A stretch of 64,000 bases of DNA from an uncultured Poribacteria bacterium (GTDB lineage: Bacteria > Poribacteria > WGA-4E > WGA-3G), in assembly GCA_951813565.1 (NCBI GenBank), contig OX638351.1, positions 1,568,001 through 1,632,000 on the forward strand, given 5' to 3'. Each line of letters opens with the position of its first letter. Position 1 is the stretch's first letter. A program made the position numbers and the translations under genes. Below are positions 19,752-29,625 of the stretch, piece by piece. Under the pieces are notes generated by a model that searched no databases, had not been told where the DNA came from, and saw only the letters and a program-made list of their open reading frames with translations.

Positions 19752-21674
19752 ATGTTTGAACAACTAATTATTATCTTATTAATTTCACCACTTGTCGGAT
19801 TTCTGATTAACGGGTTGTTTGGCAAATGGTTAAAAGGTAATGAGAAACTGAGCGGGACAATCGGTGCACTTGCGGTACTTGTATCCTTAATCTGTTCAAT
19901 TATCGCTTTTGTGAAGGTCCAGGGCGGAACTACGCTTCCTAATCCAGATGAAGATGGGATCATTTATAAATGGATTTCGAGTGAAATTTTAGGTAAATCA
20001 TTCGATTTCAATATCGCATTCCACGTTGATGCCCTGACGACTGTAATGTTGTTGGTTATCACAGGTGTCGGATTTCTCATCCACGTATATTCCATCGGCT
20101 ACATGCACGGCGATGAAGGATATACCCGCTATTTTGCGTATCTAAATCTGTTTGTTTTCGCAATGCTTATCCTCGTCCTTGGCAACAACTATCTGATGAT
20201 GTTTGTTGGCTGGGAAGGTGTCGGACTCTGCTCCTATCTACTCATAGGGTTCTGGTATGAGAAACAATCCGCTACGGATGCAGGTAAAAAGGCGTTTATT
20301 GTCAACAGGATTGGTGATTTCGGTTTCCTATTGGGGATGTTTACGTTGTTTGCAGTGTTTGGTAGCCTTGACTTCACAACAATCTTCAGTGAAGCCGAAG
20401 CAAACAGTGCAGTGCAGGTATTCGGTGTAAATGCGATAGTGTTGGCGACCTTGCTGCTTTTTGTCGGTGCAATAGGTAAGTCCGCACAAATCCCGCTCTA
20501 TGTCTGGCTACCGGACGCGATGGAAGGTCCAACCCCTGTTAGCGCATTGATACACGCCGCCACTATGGTCACCGCGGGTGTTTATATGATAGCGCGTTCC
20601 GCTGTGCTTTATAATATCGCAGAAACAGGAGCGGTTGTCGCGTGGATTGGGGTATTAACAGCGTTGTTCGCCGCAATAATTGCCCTCAAACAGAATGACA
20701 TTAAACGTATCCTGGCATATTCTACTGTAAGTCAATTGGGATATATGTTTGTCGGTGTTGGTGTCGGTGCTTATGCTTCTGGTATTTTCCATTTGGTAAC
20801 ACATGCATTCTTTAAAGGGTTGATGTTCCTGACTGCTGGTAGTGTGATGCACGCAATGGCAAATGAATTAGATATACGAAAAATGGGGGGATTGCGAAAC
20901 AAATTACCGATAACCCATGCCACATTTTTGGTTGGTGCTTTAGCAATTGCAGGCGCACCATTCCTGAGTGGATTCTGGAGCAAGGATGAAATTTTGCACA
21001 GCGCGTGGGGAAGTTCAAAAGCGATTTACATAATCGGATTAATTACAGCATTCCTGACAGCGTTTTATATGTTCCGCTTGATTTTTGTCACTTTCTATGG
21101 AAAGTCGCGCGTTGAACCTGAAGTAGCCTCACATCTGCATGAATCGCCAGCGGTGATGTGGTTACCCTTAGCTATTCTCGCGGTTCCTTCTGCTCTGATT
21201 GGTTTGCTGTTGGGTGTGGGTGGACATAATAGCTGGTTCCACCACTTCACAGAAAAGGTAGCAGGTTTTAAAGGTGAGCACGGTGAAGCATTAGGCAGTG
21301 CAATTCCATTCATGATAATTTCCTCAATTGTTGGTTTACTTGGCATCGCATTTGCATGGACACGTTATAAAAATCGCGTGCCTTCTGATGAGCCAACAAA
21401 CGCACTGCAGAAACTTGTCGCTAACAAGTTCTACATTGATGAGATATATAATACCTTCATCGTACAGCCCATCAAAAACGCTTCTCACTTCCTTTTGTGG
21501 AAACTTTTTGATACCGGGATTATTGATGGGATTGTCAATAGCGTAGCTGCAATTATCCGAGTGCTTGGTGGAACGTTACGAAGACTGCAAACAGGACTCG
21601 TTCAAGTATATATAGCGTCAATGGTTGTAGGAATAGTGTTTTTTCTTGCATACTATCTGTTTTTCGCTAATTGA
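19752..21674 (+). CDS. nuoL: NADH-quinone oxidoreductase subunit L
   Basis: GWEGVGLCSY, NRIGDFG, KSAQIPL..WLPDAMEGPTPVSALIHAATMV. Confidence 0.98.
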   Translation: MFEQLIIILLISPLVGFLINGLFGKWLKGNEKLSGTIGALAVLVSLICSIIAFVKVQGGTTLPNPDEDGIIYKWISSEILGKSFDFNIAFHVDALTTVMLLVITGVGFLIHVYSIGYMHGDEGYTRYFAYLNLFVFAMLILVLGNNYLMMFVGWEGVGLCSYLLIGFWYEKQSATDAGKKAFIVNRIGDFGFLLGMFTLFAVFGSLDFTTIFSEAEANSAVQVFGVNAIVLATLLLFVGAIGKSAQIPLYVWLPDAMEGPTPVSALIHAATMVTAGVYMIARSAVLYNIAETGAVVAWIGVLTALFAAIIALKQNDIKRILAYSTVSQLGYMFVGVGVGAYASGIFHLVTHAFFKGLMFLTAGSVMHAMANELDIRKMGGLRNKLPITHATFLVGALAIAGAPFLSGFWSKDEILHSAWGSSKAIYIIGLITAFLTAFYMFRLIFVTFYGKSRVEPEVASHLHESPAVMWLPLAILAVPSALIGLLLGVGGHNSWFHHFTEKVAGFKGEHGEALGSAIPFMIISSIVGLLGIAFAWTRYKNRVPSDEPTNALQKLVANKFYIDEIYNTFIVQPIKNASHFLLWKLFDTGIIDGIVNSVAAIIRVLGGTLRRLQTGLVQVYIASMVVGIVFFLAYYLFFAN

Positions 21675-21698
21675 TTGTTAGGATTTAATGGCAGAAAA

Positions 21699-22871
21699 AT
21701 GAGTCAGGCACATCTGGAATATAAAGACAGGGTCAACTTGGGGAGTTACTATACGCCACCTAAATTTGTCCAGTTGGCGTGGGAATTAATTGAATCGTCC
21801 ATAGATTCACAGACAGCCATAATTGACAGTGCTTGTGGATACGGAGATTTTCTAAAAAATTATGGACAATCTGTAACAATCGGATGTGATATAGACGAAG
21901 ATGCAATAGAGATAGCAAGAAAAAACACAGATAAAGTCCAATTCTTTCGGACAAACGCTTTATCCAACGTTTCAAGGGAAAAATTCGGTATTCCTCAGCA
22001 ATCTACAAGATTGATAGTCGTAGGAAACCCGCCTTATAACGATAGAACTTCACTTATTCGTCATAAGATTAAAAATGTTGATTTTGAGGTAGATGAAGAT
22101 ATAGCGAGTAGAGACTTAGGCATATCATTTCTCCGTTCTTATAATAAACTTGCAGCGGACTTTGTCTGTATTTTACACCCATTGTCCTACTTAATAAAAC
22201 AAACTAATTTCAGACACCTAAAGGAGTTTACTGCAAATTATAAATTGATAGATGGGGTCCTTATTAGTAGTGGGGAATTCCCGGAATCGGCTAAACACAC
22301 GCCTTTTCCGATTGTCATTGCATTTTATCAACGGGATACCAAAGGGATGGAATATGATTATATCCGTTCCTTCCCATTTAGAATAGGAGATGGACTTCAT
22401 TTTTGTCTGAGTGATTTTGATTATATCATAAATTATATTAACAAATATCCCAGCAAGCAGCATCAACCGATATCTGATGATTCTCTCTTTTTCTGGACAA
22501 TGAGAGACATTAACGCATTAAAAAGAAATCGAACTTTTGTCCAAAACTATAGTAATAACACGATTGTCCTTGACAAAAGCAAACTGGATTATTACGCTTA
22601 TGTGGATGTGTTTAAGAGAAACATCCATCGGCTTCCTTTCTATTTTGGAAACTGTGATGTTCCTATAGATGATACACTTTTCAAGCAGTCCAAACACTGT
22701 TTTATCAGTGATACTATTAGGCATCATCCTTATTTAGAAAAGCACTTTCAGATAAATCCAATAGAAAAAGAAGAGGTAGAAACCGAACTGGATAAGTATT
22801 TCAGATTATTATTAGGAAAACATCATCAATGTAACAAGGTGTTTTATGACTTGAAATCCTCTCTTTTTTAG
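21699..22871 (+). CDS. gamma-class N6-adenine DNA methyltransferase, M.PabI/M.HpyAXII-like (orphan in this window)
   Basis: VNLGSYYTP, DSACGYG, VGNPPYNDRTS, SRDLGISFL, LHPLSYLIK. Confidence 0.8.
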   Translation: MSQAHLEYKDRVNLGSYYTPPKFVQLAWELIESSIDSQTAIIDSACGYGDFLKNYGQSVTIGCDIDEDAIEIARKNTDKVQFFRTNALSNVSREKFGIPQQSTRLIVVGNPPYNDRTSLIRHKIKNVDFEVDEDIASRDLGISFLRSYNKLAADFVCILHPLSYLIKQTNFRHLKEFTANYKLIDGVLISSGEFPESAKHTPFPIVIAFYQRDTKGMEYDYIRSFPFRIGDGLHFCLSDFDYIINYINKYPSKQHQPISDDSLFFWTMRDINALKRNRTFVQNYSNNTIVLDKSKLDYYAYVDVFKRNIHRLPFYFGNCDVPIDDTLFKQSKHCFISDTIRHHPYLEKHFQINPIEKEEVETELDKYFRLLLGKHHQCNKVFYDLKSSLF

Positions 22872-22894
22872 AAAATGCTAACGGAGGAAGAAAA

Positions 22895-23317
22895 ATGAAA
22901 CAGAAAAATTTTCGACCGCGAGATATGCTCAACCAAGAAGTTGCTGGCATCTGCGGTGTCGCAAGACTGACAGATAAAGCACGGGCTGCCCATGCTGGAG
23001 AAATTGGGAGTTATAAATACGGTGCTGATTCTGAACAAGATACTGGAATATTATCCTTTCTTGGTATCTCAGCAGATTCATTTCAGTTAGCAGCTGTCCG
23101 GATTGACAATGATATTAAATTAGGGGTATGGGTTATGGACAACTGCAGTAGGTCGTCTAACGAAATATCGAAATTCAATCGTAAGCTAAAGTTTTGGTGG
23201 CAGAGCAAAATGCCTCGTGACACTTATTCAAGGCGTCGCCGCGAATTGGCACGCCGCAGAGAATCATCCGAGTCATCTGAGATAGACTCGGTATTATTCA
23301 TGATTATTAGTTCCTGA
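22895..23317 (+). CDS. DUF5069-like protein (short, possibly truncated)
   Basis: AGICGVARLTDKARA...G.YKYG..S..D..IL.FLGI. Confidence 0.65.
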   Translation: MKQKNFRPRDMLNQEVAGICGVARLTDKARAAHAGEIGSYKYGADSEQDTGILSFLGISADSFQLAAVRIDNDIKLGVWVMDNCSRSSNEISKFNRKLKFWWQSKMPRDTYSRRRRELARRRESSESSEIDSVLFMIISS

Positions 23318-23351
23318 TGATGAAAGTTAAGTTATTCTAAAGGAGATTTTT

Positions 23352-24965
23352 TTGTTACTTTCAATAGTTATTTTTTTACCACTGCTTGGCGTAATAGCAA
23401 TAGCGTTGCTCAGAAATATGGGGGCATCTGCTATTAAAGGCATCGCGCTTGTCGTTAGCTTATTGACATTTGTTATCTCGCTTGGACTTTACACTGGGTT
23501 TGATGCAGGAATAGAAGGATTCCAAACTGACTCTCAACTCTACCAGAAACTGCCATGGATTGCCGGATTAGGCATAGGTTACCACATCGGCATTGACGGC
23601 ATTTCGTTGTGGTTAGTCTTACTTACTACGTTCCTCACACCGATATGTATCCTTGCCGCATGGAATTCTGTAGAGAAAGGGTTGAGCGGTTTTATGATGT
23701 CGCTTCTCGCCTTGGAAACAGGCATGTTAGGCGTTTTTTGTGCATTAGATCTATTCCTTTTCTTCGTGTTCTGGGAGGCAATGTTGATCCCGATGTACTT
23801 CCTTATCGGAATATGGGGCGGGGAACGTCGAATTTACGCCACGATAAAGTTCGTGCTTTATACAATGGCAGGCAGTGCGCTCATGTTAGTCGGTATTTTA
23901 GCACTGTACTTCCAAAACGGGGATAATGGTTTTGATCTCACGACACTCCTTGCGCAAACGTCTGCTGCAGGATTTAAATTTGACCATTCCATGCTCTTAT
24001 TCCTTGCATTTTTCATTGCTTTTGCAATTAAAGTCCCGCTCTTCCCTTTCCATACATGGCTACCAGATGCACACGTTGAAGCACCTACTGTAGGCAGTGT
24101 TATCCTTGCGGGTGTCTTGCTCAAGATGGGCACATACGGGATAGTCCGATTCTGCCTACCACTTTTCCCAGAAGCCGCAGCGGATGCTACACCTTGGATA
24201 GTACCACTTGCTGTTATCGGTATAATTTACGGTGCATTGGTAGCAATGGTGCAACCGGATCTGAAAAAACTTGTGGCATATTCCAGTGTGAGTCACCTCG
24301 GTTTTGTTGTATTAGGTCTCTTCTCAAAAAGTCACTTAGGTATTCAGGGAAGCGTTTTGCAAATGATCAATCATGGTCTAAGTACGGGCGCGCTATTCCT
24401 CTTAGTAGGTATGATTTATGAACGACGGCATAGCCGAATGATTGTAGATTTTGGCGGGTTGGCAAAGAAAATGCCTATCTTTGCCACCATCTTTTTGATT
24501 GTAACCCTGTCGTCCATCGGATTACCCGGTCTGAACGGTTTTGTCGGTGAATTTATGATTCTGCTTGGAAGTTTTGTTGGTGGGGCATTCTCTAAATGGT
24601 ACGTGGTCTTTGCTACAACAGGTGTCATTTTGGCAGCAGTTTATATGCTCTGGATGTTCCAGCGAGTAATGTTTGGCACACCGGACAAAACGAACGCTGC
24701 TTTACCCGACCTGAAACCACGCGAAATCGCGGTACTATTACCGATACTGCTGTTTATTGTATGGATTGGCGTTTTTCCAAAAACATTCCTCAAACCTATG
24801 GAATCGTCTGTAAATGCTGTTGCAGCGAAAGTTAAAGTTAATGCAGAAGAAAATACACCAGCAGTTGGACAAGTAATTATTGACGGTGAAACTCAAAACC
24901 CCGTTATTCTGAAAGTCGAAACTGCAGACCTACAGTCGATTGAAGAGGAGGCACAGACGAAATAG
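23352..24965 (+). CDS. nuoM: NADH-quinone oxidoreductase subunit M
   Basis: FWEAMLIPMY, KVPLFPFHTWLPDAHVEAPT, LLKMGTYG; TTG start after AAGGAG. Confidence 0.97.
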   Translation: MLLSIVIFLPLLGVIAIALLRNMGASAIKGIALVVSLLTFVISLGLYTGFDAGIEGFQTDSQLYQKLPWIAGLGIGYHIGIDGISLWLVLLTTFLTPICILAAWNSVEKGLSGFMMSLLALETGMLGVFCALDLFLFFVFWEAMLIPMYFLIGIWGGERRIYATIKFVLYTMAGSALMLVGILALYFQNGDNGFDLTTLLAQTSAAGFKFDHSMLLFLAFFIAFAIKVPLFPFHTWLPDAHVEAPTVGSVILAGVLLKMGTYGIVRFCLPLFPEAAADATPWIVPLAVIGIIYGALVAMVQPDLKKLVAYSSVSHLGFVVLGLFSKSHLGIQGSVLQMINHGLSTGALFLLVGMIYERRHSRMIVDFGGLAKKMPIFATIFLIVTLSSIGLPGLNGFVGEFMILLGSFVGGAFSKWYVVFATTGVILAAVYMLWMFQRVMFGTPDKTNAALPDLKPREIAVLLPILLFIVWIGVFPKTFLKPMESSVNAVAAKVKVNAEENTPAVGQVIIDGETQNPVILKVETADLQSIEEEAQTK

Positions 24966-26452
24966 TGAAGTCAAAACTTGCCTCTTTTCTTGTCCTATGC
25001 ATCATTGTGGGGCTTACTTTAGCAGTTTCAGTGGAAACCTTTGCTGCTGATGAGACACATGGTGAGGGTGGACACTTTCGCGTAGATGGTTCTATATTAC
25101 CTATCTGGAGCATTATTCCTTTTGTAGGAATTCTCCTCTCAATTGCACTTTTCCCACTCCTGTTAGATTCCCATTTTCTTGTCCACCATGGTGGAAAAAT
25201 GTCATTGGTATGGGCGTTATTATTCGCAATCCCATATCTTGTTGTTTTCAGAGGTGACGCTTTTCACGATATTTTATATATCTACTTGATAGATTACATT
25301 CCGTTCATCATACTGTTATGGGGTTTGTTCACGGTTGCAGGCGGGATACTCGTACGCGGCACATTGCGCGGCACACCGATGGTCAACACGCTGTTACTGC
25401 TAATCGGCACTGTGATAGCCTCTTGGATAGGAACAACAGGCGCATCAATGCTCCTCATTCGTCCGTTGATTCGAGCAAATGCCTACCGAAAGAGTAAAGT
25501 TCATCTTGTTGTCTTCTTCATCTTTTTGGTAAGCAATATCGGCGGTTCCTTAACTCCTCTTGGCGATCCGCCGCTCTTTCTTGGATTTCTACACGGCGTG
25601 CCTTTCTTCTGGACAACAACTGCACTCTTTCCACACATGGTATTTATTAGTGTCATTCTAATTGTTCTCTTTTTCGTAATAGACACATTCATGTTCAAAC
25701 GGGAAGGTGGCGTAGTGCCAGATGATGGCACTAATGAACCGATTCGGATTGATGGTCTCTTTAATCTCGTTTTCTTATTCGGTATCGTTGCGGCAGTCTT
25801 AATGAGTGGCTCTTTCAAATGGGGAGATGTCAACATTTTGGGCGTTCATGTATACTGGCAAAATATCGCCCGCGATGTCCTGATTGTTGCCATGGGACTA
25901 TTGTCGCTCCAATTTACTCCCTTTAAAGGTGAATTACGGCAATCAAACGAGTTTTCATGGGAACCAATTGAAGAGGTCGCAAAAGTTTTCGCTGGAATCT
26001 TTATCACCATTATTCCCGCCTTGACAATTCTCGGTGTCGGTACAAAAGGAGCATTGAGCGGGTTAATCGGGGCAATTGAACAACCCTGGCACTACTTCTG
26101 GATAACTGGGGTTTTGTCCAGTTTCTTAGACAACGCACCAACCTATTTGACATTTTTCAACACTGCACTTGGAAAATTAGAGCTTACTGAGGCGGTTGTT
26201 CCACAAATTTTGTCAGGACAATTGACTGAACCGCAACACCTTGAATTTGTCAGATTGCTAACGGCTATATCCGTCGGTGCAGTTTTTATGGGTGCAAATA
26301 CATATATCGGTAATGCACCAAATTTCATGGTTAAATCAATTGCGGAACAGAGTGGAATCCGCATGCCGAGTTTCTTTGGATATATGATCTGGTCAGTCGT
26401 AATTTTAGTCCCGCTTTTTGTGATTGTTACGTTCGTGTTTCTCCGCAGTTAG
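24965..26452 (+). CDS. putative Na+/H+ antiporter (DUF1646/ion-transporter superfamily)
   Basis: SNIGGSLTPLGDPPLFLGFL, SSFLDNAPTYL, GANTYIGNAPNFMVKSIAE; GTG overlaps the nuoM TAG. Confidence 0.8.
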   Translation: MKSKLASFLVLCIIVGLTLAVSVETFAADETHGEGGHFRVDGSILPIWSIIPFVGILLSIALFPLLLDSHFLVHHGGKMSLVWALLFAIPYLVVFRGDAFHDILYIYLIDYIPFIILLWGLFTVAGGILVRGTLRGTPMVNTLLLLIGTVIASWIGTTGASMLLIRPLIRANAYRKSKVHLVVFFIFLVSNIGGSLTPLGDPPLFLGFLHGVPFFWTTTALFPHMVFISVILIVLFFVIDTFMFKREGGVVPDDGTNEPIRIDGLFNLVFLFGIVAAVLMSGSFKWGDVNILGVHVYWQNIARDVLIVAMGLLSLQFTPFKGELRQSNEFSWEPIEEVAKVFAGIFITIIPALTILGVGTKGALSGLIGAIEQPWHYFWITGVLSSFLDNAPTYLTFFNTALGKLELTEAVVPQILSGQLTEPQHLEFVRLLTAISVGAVFMGANTYIGNAPNFMVKSIAEQSGIRMPSFFGYMIWSVVILVPLFVIVTFVFLRS

Positions 26453-26489
26453 GCTGCATATTGTCGGAGTTCAAAAATGGAGGTTTTGA

Positions 26490-27968
26490 ATGCAAATTGA
26501 CTGGTCTTTGTTAATGCCAGAACTTGTCATCGTTTCAACATTACTCATTGTCCTTATCTTTGACATGATTGACGCAATCTCAAAAAAGGCATTGGGATGG
26601 ATGACAATCGTTGGTGCGGGAATCGCCTTAGTGGTATCTATCCAGATGCTACAAGCTGGTGAAGTTGGCACCACATTTACACAAGTTGGCGAAGTTGCAA
26701 CTGAATCCGAAGGTATGTTTAAGGTTGATACTTATTCCCTCTTTTTCAACATTATCTTCCTCGTTTCAACGATTTTGGTTGCCCTCATCTCAATTAGTTA
26801 TTTAGGGAGAGAAGATAAAAAGCAGGGACCATATTTCCTACTCATCCTTCTTGCAACGCTCGGCATGATGCTAATGGCTGCTGGCAACGAGTTAATTGTT
26901 GTTTTCCTCGGCTTGGAACTAATGTCGTTATCGTTATATGTGTTGGCAGGCTATTTTCGAGAAAGTCCTGCTTCAAGCGAAGCGGGTATGAAGTATCTAC
27001 TACTCGGTGCGTTTGCAAGTGCATTTTTTCTCTACGGAATCGCTTTAATTTACGGTGCTGCTGGAACAACGAGTATTCCGCAGATTGCAGAGCAACTCAC
27101 CACCGAGAGCCAATCACCTCTACTTTTAGCAGGGACATTCCTACTTATTGTTGGGTTCGGATTTAAGGTTGCAATTGTTCCGTTTCACCAATGGGCACCC
27201 GATGTTTACGAAGGCGCACCTACCACAATTGCAGCCTTTATCTCTGCGGGTCCAAAAGCAGCAGGTTTTGCGGCGTTCCTGAGAATCTTTGTTGAAGCGT
27301 TGCCTAACGCGCAAACCGAATGGAGTTGGATTGTCATTGTATTGGCAATGCTGACAATGACGGTTGGCAACGTCATCGCTATAGCGCAAACCAACATCAA
27401 ACGCATGCTTGCATATTCAAGTATTGCACACGCAGGCTACGTGTTGATAGGTTTAGCAGCAGCAAGTAGTGCAGATGAGGCAATTAGAGATGAAGGTGTC
27501 TCCAGCGCGATGCTCTATCTGCTTGTTTACTGCGTTATGAATATCGGGGCATTCGGTGCGGTTATCTTAGCAAGAACTGCTGATGGTGAAAGTTTGGCGA
27601 TTTCCGATTACGCTGGACTCGGATTCCGCAAACCTCTACTCGGCATGTTTATGACGTTAATGCTTTTGTCGCTTGCAGGTTTTCCGCCAACTGCAGGGTT
27701 TGTCGGAAAATTTTATCTGTTCAAATCCGCTATCGGCGCAGAACTCTATCCACTTGTTATAATTGGTGCAATCAACACTGCGATTTCGGCTTTCTATTAT
27801 CTACGCGTAGTCGTAACAATGTATATGCGTGAACCGGAAGAAGAGTTGGAGTTCAACCCCTATCCCTCAACCTTAGTCATAGGATTAGTTCTCGCAGCAA
27901 TTGGCGTTTTACTCATCGGTATTTTGCCATCGCTACTGCTCAATCCCGCGCAAAGTGCAGTGCTATAA
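26490..27968 (+). CDS. nuoN: NADH-quinone oxidoreductase subunit N
   Basis: EAGMKYLLLG, FKVAIVPFHQWAPDVYEGAPT, KRMLAYSSIAHAGY. Confidence 0.98.
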   Translation: MQIDWSLLMPELVIVSTLLIVLIFDMIDAISKKALGWMTIVGAGIALVVSIQMLQAGEVGTTFTQVGEVATESEGMFKVDTYSLFFNIIFLVSTILVALISISYLGREDKKQGPYFLLILLATLGMMLMAAGNELIVVFLGLELMSLSLYVLAGYFRESPASSEAGMKYLLLGAFASAFFLYGIALIYGAAGTTSIPQIAEQLTTESQSPLLLAGTFLLIVGFGFKVAIVPFHQWAPDVYEGAPTTIAAFISAGPKAAGFAAFLRIFVEALPNAQTEWSWIVIVLAMLTMTVGNVIAIAQTNIKRMLAYSSIAHAGYVLIGLAAASSADEAIRDEGVSSAMLYLLVYCVMNIGAFGAVILARTADGESLAISDYAGLGFRKPLLGMFMTLMLLSLAGFPPTAGFVGKFYLFKSAIGAELYPLVIIGAINTAISAFYYLRVVVTMYMREPEEELEFNPYPSTLVIGLVLAAIGVLLIGILPSLLLNPAQSAVL

Positions 27969-28006
27969 CCAAGTTCATCGATCATAGAAAAAGCATTTCA
28001 CAACAG

Positions 28007-28066
28007 CCTTAGTGTCGGTTTGTATGGGTTTTAAACCAATAAATCAGCATTAAGGTTTTGTTTTTG
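28007..28066 (+). terminator. imperfect stem-loop with T-rich tail after nuoN
   Basis: CCTTAGTGTCGGTTT...AAATCAGCATTAAGG followed by TTTTGTTTTT. Confidence 0.45.
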
Positions 28067-28093
28067 TCACCCTTAATATGCGAACCTCCCTTG

Positions 28094-28118
28094 GTAGGAG
28101 CGGTTTCCTAACCGCTCC
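28094..28118 (+). repeat. GTAG-type REP hairpin
   Basis: GTAGGAGCGGTT-TCCT-AACCGCTCC; related copy at 45895. Confidence 0.75.
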
Positions 28119-28288
28119 GTTTCCTGCCTGCACAAGGATTACACAATTATGAATCAACGCCAAATACACTTATGGCATTTGACGCCTCTTACATTTTTTC
28201 GCAAAATTCTCAAAAAACACAAAAAAGATGCAACTTTTTTGTAACTTGTTTGTAGTAGCGTTAACTTCAATGCGAGCGGAGTTGCGAC

Positions 28289-28822
28289 ATGACAGAAGAA
28301 AAATTTCTTGAACTGGTACGAAAACATCAAGATCAAATTTTTCGGCATGCCTTTTATATACTCAAAAACAGTGAAGACGCAAAGGATATGACACAGGAAA
28401 CCTTTATCAAGGCATGGCAACATCGCGCAGATTTAAGACCGGAAACTGTTCACTCGTGGTTACTAAAATGCGTACAGAACTTATGTTTTAACCAACTAAA
28501 ACGCCAAAAATTTCAGGTGTATTTATCCGAAGAAAATGGCGAAACGCTTGAAATGCTACTGCATTCACATTCATACCAGTCAAATCCGTCACCAGATGAG
28601 ATTTCTATCAAACAGGAACTCAAACAATTAGTGCGTCAAGCGATTAGAGAATTACCACCAATCATGCAATCAGTGATAATCATGCGGGAATTAGAAGAAA
28701 TGAGCTACAAGGAAATCGCAAAGGTCTTAAAACAACCTGAAAACACCGTCAAATCAACCGTATTTCGTGCTCGCAAGAAATTGCGGAAGATTTTGAACCG
28801 TTTAATGGAGACACAAGTATGA
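28289..28822 (+). CDS. ECF RNA polymerase sigma factor (stand-alone)
   Basis: DAKDMTQETFIKAW (region 2); MSYKEIA...TVKSTVFRARKKLR (region 4). Confidence 0.93.
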   Translation: MTEEKFLELVRKHQDQIFRHAFYILKNSEDAKDMTQETFIKAWQHRADLRPETVHSWLLKCVQNLCFNQLKRQKFQVYLSEENGETLEMLLHSHSYQSNPSPDEISIKQELKQLVRQAIRELPPIMQSVIIMRELEEMSYKEIAKVLKQPENTVKSTVFRARKKLRKILNRLMETQV

Positions 28823-29625
28823 AACCGACAATCATGATTCTTGGCAGCGGACACTTAGCGAATCCTGGAGGAGACAGATTCAATTTCAGAATGGATGATG
28901 TGCTTGCACCAAAACGTCAACGCGAGGCCCAACAACTGGTGGCGCAACTCAAACCGTTTCGTCCTACCAAAATAGCCATTCAAGCAGACGAAAGGTTTGA
29001 CGCTGAGATTAATGCAAACTACCAAGGTTACTTGGAAGGCACTTATGAACTCAAGCGTGGAGAAGCTAACCAGATTGGGTTTAGGTTAGCTAAGCAGATG
29101 GGACATTCGAAGGTATACTGCGTTGATTATTTCCCTGAGAAAGACCCGTTTTTTCTGGAGAATTTTGACTGGGATTTGATAAATGTTGATAAATTCGCAA
29201 TGGAACACAATCAAGAGCATCTACTACCAAAAGTAGAGGATTTCATTACTCCCGATGAGAAAACCCACCAAGAAGAAGACGGCAGAGTCTGGATTGAAGC
29301 AAAAAAATATGAATCTCTCATTGAGATGTACATACGGTGTAATGAACCTGAAGGAAGACGCGCCGACCATCAGGTATACTTACGCATGTCACAAATTGGC
29401 GTAGACAATCAATACACCGGAGCGAATTGGGTTGGGAATTTCTGGTACCCACGAAATCTCAAAGTTTTTGTCAACCTAACACGCATCACTGAATCTGCTG
29501 ATGACAGGATTATGTTGATTATCGGCGCTGGACGTGTCTTTCTATTACAGCAGTTTCTTGAAGATTCAGGGGACTACATCGTTGAAAACCCATTAAAATA
29601 CCTAAAAATGGAGGATGTCAATTAA
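28819..29625 (+). CDS. DUF5694-like protein, copy 1 (two conserved residues substituted)
   Basis: LGSGHLANP, DDVLAPKRQ, PTKIAIQ, WYPRNLK, GAGRV; ATGA overlap with the sigma gene. Confidence 0.8.
   Translation: MKPTIMILGSGHLANPGGDRFNFRMDDVLAPKRQREAQQLVAQLKPFRPTKIAIQADERFDAEINANYQGYLEGTYELKRGEANQIGFRLAKQMGHSKVYCVDYFPEKDPFFLENFDWDLINVDKFAMEHNQEHLLPKVEDFITPDEKTHQEEDGRVWIEAKKYESLIEMYIRCNEPEGRRADHQVYLRMSQIGVDNQYTGANWVGNFWYPRNLKVFVNLTRITESADDRIMLIIGAGRVFLLQQFLEDSGDYIVENPLKYLKMEDVN

Noticed and set aside
28200..28288. Autoregulatory ECF promoter upstream of the sigma genes
   Set aside because: AAC/CGT-like elements exist but spacing is inconsistent and I found no motif shared by the three ECF upstream regions
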